NCBI GenBank assembly: GCA_964304625.1
Contig: OZ199839.1
Span: forward strand, 11,494,395 to 11,558,394
Reading direction: 5' to 3'
Source of the DNA: Kudoa neothunni
Taxonomy: Eukaryota; Animalia; Cnidaria
Length of the DNA: 64,000 nucleotides
The stretch's first letter is position 1. Each line of letters starts with the position of its first letter. The notes beneath the pieces are model-generated. The model worked only from the letters and a program-made list of their open reading frames with translations. It did not search any database and was not told the DNA's origin. A program made the position numbers and the translations under genes. Shown piece after piece: positions 40,997 to 52,084 of the stretch.

Positions 40997-43034
40997 CTTA
41001 TTATAATGGATGAAAATCGTCTTTTATAGTTCGCATGGTATAAAATAATTTAAACCGAGAATTATTGCAAAAGTTATTTTGAAACTTTCAATCTATCAAG
41101 GAAAAATCATTTAGTCATATGTATTAGCGGGGAAAAGTATTATACAAATACCGAGATGACCAGGGGGAGCTGCAGTTCCACAATTCCATACACGTGCTGC
41201 CACTGGTAGATTCTAAAACGATGTATAACTTGAGATATTTCTTTACGGTTCTTACAACATATTGAGTTATTTTTAGATCATAAAAATTCTATTCATTTTT
41301 ATCTAGTTACAGAAATTTTTTCGCTGTGGTGAGTTAACGATAAAAATTCCGACGATAAGAACAAAAGAACTTTTTTCATGACTTACATCATCGGAAAAAT
41401 ATCGAAAGATCTTTAATTTTTTTATTTGTAAAAACACTTGAAATAGAAATTAAAAGTCATTTCTAATTGATAATTTTGTGATTGCTGGTGATCCCATCAA
41501 TAAAGCACCGATATGGATCTTTAGTCTCCTTCAAGAAAACAGAAAGATTTTAATTGTTCGATTTAAAACGTTTCTAAGAAAATAAAAAGCGTTTATGATT
41601 TTAGATCTATTATCTTATGGAATATTAGCGTTCGACTTTTCCAATTATCTTTACACAGTGACTGAACTTGCCATTGTATTTCTATCCACGGTGTCAGCGT
41701 CTTGCATATCTTATTTTAACATTTAATTATTTCTTTCATTTTAAATTATATTATCGTTTATCTTTGTATTTTTGGTATTAACCGAAAAGCGAACAACGAG
41801 TTTGGTTTCTTTGTTACATAAGGCACGACCAAATTTGTTTATTAAAAAAAGTCTAGGTCTACTAGGATCTTTATTTTGAGATTAAGACACAAAAAGGCAC
41901 TTTCGTTTTGGTATGACTTACCGTTCCTAAATATTCCAAATAATTTTCAAATGGATTGCTAACAAGTTGAGATGACGAAAAATAATTACATGGCTCAATA
42001 TCTCTTATAGACTTGAAAAGTATTTTCGAAGATGACCCCACAATAATCTCTTCTACGTTTGATATTCAAAGGTCATCATTCCTCTCTTTAAAAATGGTAA
42101 TTGTCGATATTTATAATAGCCAATATATCAACTTTATTAACCGACCAAAAGGCTTTTAATCCATATATGGAAGTATGGTGGAGGTGAACTGTCTAAACTG
42201 ACATCTGACCAAAATAGCGATTAACCATTTACTGATCATTAGATTTTCATTTTGGAGAGAGAATTTGCAAGGCGTTCAGGCAACGTTAGCCATAACACTC
42301 GGATTAGAGGTAACTTACCATATTTTGTGTTAGGTGCAATTTTTACGCTATCGAAATAAGATTATATTGAAATCTCTTTTGTAGGACCATCTATCTAGGA
42401 ATCGCTTAAATTATGAGGATTCGTATGAAAGAGGTCATCTTTTAAAATCAGAATTCGGAAAATATTAATAGATTTCTATTTATTAAGTTAATTAATTAGA
42501 TAAAATGAATAAATTTTCCTAAAAGCCAAAAATCATTTTCTGGGTTGTATTTTTTGTTTATTTTCGAAAGTTAATAGTACAAAATTGAGTTCGATTGATT
42601 TGAATAAAATAATCTATTGAAAGATTTAAATTAATAATATGATGTTTAGATGTACTAAATGAATTTTAATGTGTAAACAATGGATATGCTAAAATCCAAC
42701 TCAACTCCAAGGTGTAAATTAGTTACTAATCGTTGTTATGTTTTGTTCAAAAATAACTCGAAGAGATTTGGAAAATTCAATATATACTTGTGACACTTTC
42801 TTTTTAATTCATTTTTACAATAAGAATATTATCTAAAATTCAGTTTATTATAAATATTTTTTTCAATATATAATATAAACTTTATAAAATTAATAATAAA
42901 CGATTTTTTTATGAAAACACAATTATCATATTTCCATAGATACAAGCAGTCGTATGGTATAATGATTTTCATACATAACATTTTTAAAACAAGGATTAAT
43001 GCTTATCTATGATTAGCCGTTCCTTTTTAACCAC

Positions 43035-45388
43035 ATGGGAGGTGGAATTAAATATTCAAAACAAGTAGCAATATTCCATCCCTATTGGTGTCTAATATTT
43101 TGTTTTCTTAAAGTAAGAGGAATTTTATTTAGCAATAACCACAAAAATGTTACATAATAGTTTTTTCAGTCTAGCCTATTTCTCTTTCTAGAATTGTTTA
43201 TAAAAAACAAATTGTAAGGCAGTGATTCTGGTCACGTATTTAGAATTCAAATTCAAAATCTTTAATCTATTTTGAAGCGTTATGAAACATCTTACCCAAA
43301 TAATTATTTACAATGTATTATTGTTATCACCATTTTCGGCGGAAGGAAACAAAAATATAGAGGTAATTGTTAAAGTATTATTATTCTTCGAACTGTATAA
43401 ATAATAATTACAGCATGGAATTAACGTATTCCAATCTCCATCGATCAATTGGATAAAATGTATGAGAGACATGAAATTCCTCATCATGACAAAAAATGGT
43501 TCACCAAATTGAATATGCGTATTGACTCCCAGTTAAGTATTTAATTTCGAATATAAACACTAAAGTTTTATCTTTAAAAATAATTTAGTTCTCTTATACA
43601 CACATAATAATTTATTTAATAATATTAGATGAAAAACGAGGTAAATATATGCATAATTATTTTATACGAAAATAATTATAAATAACTTTTTTTAAATATA
43701 AAAAAATAAAATAAATTTACTTTATATCAAATTTTATCAAAAAATATTATTTTTGATTACATTTCTCTAATAGAGCGTTCGTATGGCGATAAGACAGAAG
43801 AGATACTTTTCCGTTTGTGTAGCTGGGAAACTAATAATGACCCCCTAAAATTTCATTTGTTCTATATCTATTCGCTGGATTTCAAATATAAGTAAAACTC
43901 ATTATATTTAATATAAAAAAATCTAGATCGCTTAATTAAGGTACAATGACGATCAATTCAATGAGATTATTGAAAAAGATAAGGACAAAATTTATCAGCT
44001 TGAGCATTTGACAGTGCTCACGTTTAACCAACTGAAATTAAATGAAACTTCGAGTGGACTATTAGAGTTGCTGCACCAAAAATTACAATTTTGAAGAATC
44101 AGTGACAATTTTATTTTAACAATTATGATACAATATTATTAATAGAAGATGGTAAAAAATCATTTATTTATTTGACATACTCTGAATTTTCCATCGGAAT
44201 ATTTACCAATAATCTCGACCAATACGACAATTGGATGATGAGAGAATTTTCGGTTAGGAATCAAAAGTTCACCGCGATTGGAAACAACTTTTATTGTATG
44301 GGTGGATTCACAATCTTATTTGCAACACATCACAAGTTGTATAATGTATAGGTTTTATTGATTAATCGATAATCACATTATTCTTTGAATCTAGGAAGCA
44401 AACCAATCTCAAACGAGTGACCAAAAAATCATTCATCCCTGTTACGTTAATGGTATACAAGAAATTTTTGACCCTAATAGGAGTGGAGAAAACTGCAGAC
44501 AACGATTAATATCAGAATATAGAAAAACATACATTGGGAAATATGACCTGAACGCCTGCATTAACTTAATTTCTTCAGTTATTCACGATTCAGATTTTAA
44601 GACTTGTGGTACTGAAAAACGCTGTAACTTTTCAAGTCTAAAGAAGGGAATCTTTCCTAGTGATGTCAACGAAGTCATGGTATAAGTAAAATAAATATAT
44701 GAGTCACAAGAAATGTAGATATACAATGATCATTTCAGTTTTGATGGTCAGTCGCTTGATTCACTTAAAAAGGAATTGATTCATCATTGGGATCGAAATT
44801 GTGTGCTTACTTCGAATGAGGCATACCAAATTTTAAATAAGATATGATAAATATTAAATTTTAATGTGGTTGCTTCCATTTGAATGTCATTTTCACGTTA
44901 TTAAGCGATCCCTTATTAAAGAATAATGAATTAGTCATATCCTTGACAAAAATGTACATTATTAAATTTAATTTCCATTCATAAAAGGTCGATTGATTAC
45001 CCCATATCACATTTTCACCATATATTTTTCGATCCATTATATGCTTCTATAGTTGTAGATGATGAGAAAATATCAATGTGAATTGTAAATGTGTTTGTGG
45101 CCAATTTTGTTTAGAATTGATTTTCAAACTAAAGCTCATTCTTCATTATATATCAGTTTGGAGTATACGACAGAAACCTGGATAGAACATGAATCTAGCG
45201 TTTCAACATTATCATTCAGAGAAGATGGAACCCAACAAAAATTCGTTCTATTTTCAATCCGAGTTAAATCGTTTAAAATTCTAACTACGGAATTAACAAT
45301 TTTTATTCTAGTCTCACAATTTGCGTTGGTTTATGTGGTATGCAAAATTCGGCGATTAAACTCAAAAAGTTTGGGCAAAAATTATTAA
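43035..45388 (+). pseudogene. Highly divergent CD39/E-NTPDase (apyrase)-like gene with disabling stops
   Basis: Exons ..REFSVRNQKFTAIGNNFYCMG.. and ..IIHPCYVNG..NC..YIGKYDLNACINLI..CGTEKRCNF follow the CD39 pattern (SFLCYG, PC-x-x-x-G, G-x-x-x-x-x-x-C, C..C-x-F). Hydrophobic segments at both termini. The 5' exons contain in-frame stops (e.g. FDSAHV*PTEIK*NFEW at the ACR3 position). Confidence 0.6.
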
Positions 45389-45868
45389 TAATTAATATCA
45401 TATGTATTTCTCGTTAAAGTAGATTATTTAACCAAAAAGTGTATGACTGTATATTTTTTTGTTTGCACGTTCGAAATACATTATTGAATTGTTGTTGCCC
45501 AATTTTAGTATATTTTAAAGGAAGCTGTTCTAAATTTTTTATATAGAGAATAATATTTTATTCGAATAAACTATTTTTTAGCAAAAATTTGGTATCAATT
45601 ATGAAAATATATATTATAAAATCTTTCAACACTTATTTTAAAGTTTACGTTTTGAAATAATGTTAGAATCGAATTATTCCTCCAAATTCTGTACAATTGT
45701 TATATACCGTTTCAATTTAAATAAGGTTTATTTTTAGCACCGTTCAGTTAACTTTACTAATACTAATACATTCCAAATATATTTTTAATTCTTCGTATAT
45801 AGATTATTAAAAAAATAAATGTAATATATTTATTCGGAAAATGTTATATGGTTTGACAGATTACATAC

Positions 45869-45900
45869 TAGTAATGTGAGTGGTTACACTCACATTACTA
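45869..45900. repeat. Perfect hairpin: 14-bp stem, 4-nt loop
   Basis: TAGTAATGTGAGTG-GTTA-CACTCACATTACTA. Confidence 0.9.
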
Positions 45901-48038
45901 ATCCCCATAAAACCTTACAAGGCATAAGTCACCAATTCTTTGGCAACGCACAAAATTAAAACAATTGATTTTAAAAGTAGAAAATGTAACTGCTATGTAT
46001 TTTAATTTAATTTCTACCTTAATTTATTTTTTTACCATAACGAGTTAATATAGAATTCATTTTGAACAATAAACACATCTTTTGGATGAATAATTAAGTA
46101 GAAATTTAACTATAATAATAAAATATTGTAAAGGAAATTACTCAGTTATAGTAATATTTTTAAGTTTTCTGGCATTTATACTGCGTATTTCTCGTTCAAA
46201 ATCCGTTTGATGTTTACTACTATTTAAACCATGATATTTCAAGCAATGTCTTAAATCAGAAAAATGAGCGAGAGGCAATTCTGAATGGAATAATTTTTCG
46301 TTTTCTATCGTCAAATTTACGAAATTTGTCATCTCTGTGACGGTTACCATCTTACCATCACTTATGAAAACATTAATGTTGGAGTCATTTCCATTATTGT
46401 TTGCGCCCATGCCTTCGCTGGTTTTGGAAAAATTTTATTATTTTATATTTCTCAATTAACGGCCTAACTCAATTTTTATTTCTGTCCTTCATTTCGTCAC
46501 CAATTGAAAACAAAAATCTCAACGCGTCTGAAAAGTTACGAACCACACGTCGCTTCTAAATATCCATAAAAAACATAATTAATTACAAAATTTTTTATTT
46601 ATATTCATAATAGTTAAAGAAATGTTTTGAAAAGTTAAAGAGATAAATAATTTATTATAATCATATATGTAAATTAATTTTTAAATATTTCTTCAAATTA
46701 CGAACCGCACGTGTTACACTGAATGTCAACGACTTCTAAATTATATTTATTACTTTATGATAATCAAAATAGTCTGTAATATTTTTAGAATATAATGGCA
46801 CATTAGAATTCAAACTTTCAAAATTAAACAATATTTTAGTTTTTTGTGGTCGAATTTTCTACAAAATCCAGCCATATGAGCTTAACTAAAGCATAAATAT
46901 CTACCAAAAAAATATATAAACTAAACATCTTATTTTATCATAATAAACCATAATCAAATTTATTTATTTTATTAAAAAGAACAGCAAAATAATTGGTGAT
47001 GAAAAGATTAAAACAAATGCGCAAAAAGGTGTATTTAGATGCGACAGGTTCTACAAATACCTAATATCTTCTATTATTAACTCGGATCTTTCTAACCTAT
47101 CAAGAAGGAAAATATCTGATTAATTATAGACAATGATAAGTAACGATTCAAATCCTAATATAATACAGACTTAACTAACACTGTTAGGGAATGAATCAGA
47201 AGGTTTCATAAAATTTACAATTAAATTTTGTGGGAATTTAGTAATCCTGTCCAACATCTATAATAGTAAAAAAATTATTGTAAACGAATAGACGAAAATA
47301 AGCTAAGTTTAGCGATAGAAATGAAATAAACGTGCCCTTTACAAAAACCACAGTGTTTTTCTTTCTCCCATAGTTATGTACGGTTTTTTTCTTTTGAGTC
47401 TACATATTCATAGTTAATAGATATACCAATATTTTTAATTTAAGTTGCAAAAGCTCAACTTTATTAATTAATAAATAGTAAAAATTGTTTATACATCAAC
47501 TAAACAATTCTCTAAGTAGAATTTCAAAAATGCGTGCTTATATGACATTGTTTATGTTCGATTAACTGGAACTAAAATTGCTGGTCCAAAATTTTTCAGA
47601 TAATCGTGGTTCGACTGACTGCATATCGAGAGAAAACTAGATTGAAATAAAAAAATTATATAAATTTTTCAAAAAAACTAGGCGAAGTTTAAGAATTTTG
47701 TGAAAATAGTAAATTTGTGGTGATTGGCTAAATATCCTACCTTTTTAAATAGAATAATGACATTAATTAAATCATAAATGTGTTTCTAAGACAAAATAAA
47801 TATGGAATTGTTTCGTCTACATCTACATCTACATACTGAAATATAGTAAGTCGAAAATAAATCAACGGCATCGAATCAGGTACTCTAAATTAGATTGATT
47901 TATTGAGAAAACAATTTATAAGATCAGCGCACACACGATTACTCGACTTGGTTAACACAGCTAAGTAAACAAATAGCGGGCATCTTACCGGTGATTGTAA
48001 TACAACCAATGCAATACACACCTCTAACATTGAAATTA

Positions 48039-49606
48039 GGCGCTGGCTATTCTTACGACAGTGAATATCATTTTTCCTACTTTAGATATTTCTAATCTGA
48101 ATTTGAAAATGTGTGAATACATTTTTTTCATGTAGAATTTTTACTATTTATAAATTAATGTTAGTTATCTTAGTTCATACGTTTTTGGAATTATCCATTG
48201 CATTCACCTAATTATTACGATAATAAACCAGTTATTTTTACATTTATAACAATTTATGTATATTTAAACCACAAGTTTACCTCAGTTGTGACGATGTAAC
48301 TTTATTTGCACATGATCTCATTGATTGGTCCACGTGTTGACGTTATGATCTGACACGAATTAATTGTATGAACTGTTATCATTTTATAAAATGTTTACAT
48401 CATAATTTAGCAAGTATTGATGATTTTTTTTAATTTTAAATAAAATAGACTCAGCCGAAAAAATTATACGCCACCAGTTGATAATGAATGCTATGTAACA
48501 TTAAAATATAAATCATAAAACAAACATAATCAGGAACCTATATTTGGTCATTTTTATAATCCCTTAAGTTTTTATCAAAAATATATATTAAAATATTTTT
48601 AATCAGGAGTCCAACAATAGTTAATCTGCTTCCCCTAGGTCTTTCGACAAATTTGACGTTGGATTGAATAGGTATATCTCTAAAAATATTATTATAAGCA
48701 ACCTCAAATTATTTACTTTTATATTTATTATGATTCTTTTTTTGATTTAACATTTGGTTGCAGTTATGTAGGTAAATACATTGCTATCATCTAATATTAT
48801 GTGGATTTACGCGTTTTCTTCAGTATAATCATCAACATAACTTAACTTTTATATTATATTAATAAAATTCACTCTCAGTTTTAGGAGATATAATTTTTTT
48901 GGGAACGTTTGTGTTGGAATTCGTGCTGTGACTACCACATTACATTGGTCCAACTTGATCAGTTTATATAGGTTTTATATCTGCATTTAAGTTACTCGAG
49001 GGGATAGGATAGATTTGGTTAATTCATATTTGTAAATGCCTTAAAATTGTATCACATTATTTTCAAAATAATTTATCGCATTTATGATCAATTTCATCTT
49101 TGGTCCACATTGGTGGAAACTATCAATAAGCGCTTCATTTTTTCTAACGCCATAGGGGAAGGATTAATACTAAGAAAAGTGCCAAAAAATTAAAAACCTA
49201 TACTGCAATTTATTATCTTAATTTAAAAAAATACGCTTTTTGAATAACATAGATGTTTTATAGACCTTTAAAATTAGACTTAGTAACGCTCTCAATAATC
49301 TGATGAAGTCATAGAGCATTGACACGTGGACCAATCAATGAGTTCATGTGTAAATAAAGTTACATTATCGCAATTAGGAAAACCTGCTGATTTGAATATG
49401 CGTAAACAGCAAAAAGAAAGAAAAAGAATAGATCTTTGGTCTTAGTGAATGATAGGAAGTCAGCAAAAATGCCCACAACTTACAAATTAATTGGATTAAA
49501 ATAACAATTTGTAAAACCTGAAAATTCTATAACATTTTCAAACTCAGATTTGAAACATCTAACGAAGGAAAAAAGACATTCATTGTCACAAGAATAACCA
49601 CTCGCT
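48039..49606 (-). mobile_element. MULE-like element with long (about 300 bp) diverged TIRs
   Basis: About 48039-48350 aligns to the reverse complement of about 49310-49606 (e.g. CTCATTGATTGGTCCACGTGT / ACACGTGGACCAATCAATGAG). Flanks TGAAATTA/TAAAATTA. Internal minus-strand VKFVERPRGSRLTIVGL. Confidence 0.75.
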
Positions 49607-49740
49607 TAAAATTATCTAACTTCAACATTTTAGCTTAATAACAACCAAAATACATCAGAAACAGCATCGCAAAAGTACAGAAACAAATTTATAATTTCAA
49701 AAGAATTAAATAACGATGGGGGAATATGACATACAGTTGG

Positions 49741-50427
49741 TTAGATTGGTTGAATTTTAAAATGAAGACTGATCAACGAAAATACGAAACATTTCAAATC
49801 TTGAATCAGGTAATAGAACAATGTCAACCCCTCAGGATCACTAAAAGTTATTGTTATGGCAACAATGTCACAATAACGAAAATTATTACTTTGATTTGTT
49901 TACATCATTAAGCGTTCCAATTTTGTCGGTGGCGAATGAGATATGAGTTGAGCCGCACACAATTTCCAATTCCTAATCGCTGTATCAACAACACCAACCA
50001 CACAATCAATCATTTACTTGGAGAGCTTCTTCTTTTGGTTTAGGCCAATTTTCGTCACTTTCATCCAGAATCTACACACAAACACACATATCAATTGATA
50101 CTCCAAATGGATCCATTAAAATCACCTGAGATTCAACGATAATGCGTCTGAACTCATTCATGACAGGTTTACGAACAAAAACCTATAAATTCAATTATTT
50201 GTACACATTCCCAGCCATACAATAAGTTTACATTTTTACTAATGCAACGTTCTTTTCGATAGTTGGATGAATTGGAATAACGTAACAAGCCTACCGCATG
50301 ATTATACATTGCTATTGGATGTGATCAGCTCAATTTTACCGTCAGGTCTCAGCTCAAACTTTAGATATTCGAGACCGTATTTACCGCTGTGGCCAACGTA
50401 ATACCTCAAATAGAAATCCTCCTCCAT
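49741..50427 (-). CDS. MAGOH: Mago nashi (exon junction complex core), 146 aa, 6 exons
   Basis: Spliced: [146 protein letters not shown]. Five GT-AG introns of about 45-55 nt. Confidence 0.97.
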
Positions 50428-50677
50428 GCTCGATAGTGTCCTGATCGTGTGCGCATGCTTACGCACATCGTAATATGCGTAGGCATTGTCCAGATGCTTT
50501 CCAAACCAACCTGAATCTTAAATTTACTAATTTTACGATTAAAATTTTTTGAATATTTTCAATTTACTCGAAAAACAACAAAATTCTTGAAATGTTTTTA
50601 AAAATAAACCCTGCGCATTCACACGAAATCAGAGGAAATGTCAGTAGTTGCATTTCGGTGTAAATAAATTTAATATG

Positions 50678-50730
50678 AATTTAATTAATTAGAATTTAAT
50701 TAATTAGAATTTAATTAATTAGAATTTAAT
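50678..50730. repeat. 15-bp tandem repeat, about 3.5 copies
   Basis: (AATTTAATTAATTAG)n. Confidence 0.9.
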
Positions 50731-51222
50731 TTGCGACTTGTCAAGCGCAAACAATGACGCATGTAAACGTATTAAAAACTAAGAATAAAGTGTTTCCAAT
50801 CTTATTTCGATCGCGTCCTACTTTTTCTTAAAAAATTCCCTGCCTCACCTCTTCAAAAGTATTGATTTTTTTAAATTAACCTTCCCTGTACTGCTCGGAA
50901 AAAATCACACGCGTTCCGATGAGGTCCGGACGGATCCCAGAAAAAACTATTTGGATGGCCTTTAATTTTTGTGTCTTGCATTAAACAATTTTTCAACTAT
51001 TTATCAGCCAAAGTACAGTATAGCGATGGGAGTCGGTATATTTCGCGAGAATTCGGCTAGAAGTTCGTAGCGTAAAAAAACATATTTAGTAATGTAAATA
51101 AATTTAATTAATAAGATATACATATATATATATATATATTGGAAGTGTATTATCTGTAATATTTTTTTAAATTGGTGTTCAGCCAAATAGGAACCTATTA
51201 GCTCCAATTTTTGTTAGCAATA

Positions 51223-51987
51223 CAGTAAGTAACCAATTTCACGCACTTTTTCGGGTGCCTCTTGTTTATTATTTAGTTAGGTCAATATTTAATGCCATAA
51301 AACCGCTAATGTATCGCATTTTTAAATATTTATTATCTCGACTCCTAATGGCATCCTAGAGATGAAAAATAAAATAATCAAAACCTATAAATGTTTGCAG
51401 AATCTAAACATAGAAATTATTTACGTGTAGCACAATTTAACTCTTTTGATGAAGATGTATATGAGTGGTGCATTAGGCGGATACGAAGCAAAAAGATTGT
51501 AGTAAGCGTTGTCACGATAATCATCCAGAGAAATCAGTTGGTAAAAGAAAAAGGTTTACCTTCGTGTGCAATTTGTGGAGGGTTCCGTTGTTAACAAAAA
51601 TCAAATTTTATTAGCTAATCCGATGATGCTACACCTGAAATTACCTCAGAGTAGACCAATCAAATCAAAACTTTTTTTAAAAGATACTCTGAAAATTTTA
51701 TCTACAATGTAGACGAAACTGCCTTATTCTACTGATAACAACAAGAAGAATATTGCATAGATCGTTGAAAAATATTTTTGTGCTGTTAATGCATTTATCG
51801 AGTTTTAAGTATCGTTTAAAAATTGAGGTATAGTTAACTAGTCTTTATAAAAGAAATTCAGTCATTATTAAATGCTAATTTTTTTCTGAAATAATTGCGT
51901 CTGCGAGTGGGTGAAATTGGATGTGATCGGTTTTATGCACTTTTTTTCTTGGTCCCGAAGGGATTACGTGAAATTGGTTTCTTACTG
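51223..51987 (+). mobile_element. pogo/Tigger (CENP-B-like) transposon deletion derivative
   Basis: TA|CAGTAAGTAACCAATTTCACG..CGTGAAATTGGTTTCTTACTG|TA (20 of 21 match). Remnants DEDVYEW (CENP-B HTH) and IYNVDETALFY (first catalytic Asp region). Confidence 0.9.
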
Positions 51988-52084
51988 TAATCGTATTTAT
52001 CCAATGAATTATTGAGTTAATATTTTTGTGCTTTTGATAATCCATCTTCGTCTCAATTCTGCTATTTTGATTGTTTGCTATTAA

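Noticed and set aside
50879-51030. Possible tiny piggyBac-like MITE (TTAA-CC..GGG)
   Set aside because: The inverted-repeat match is too weak and there is no right TTAA.
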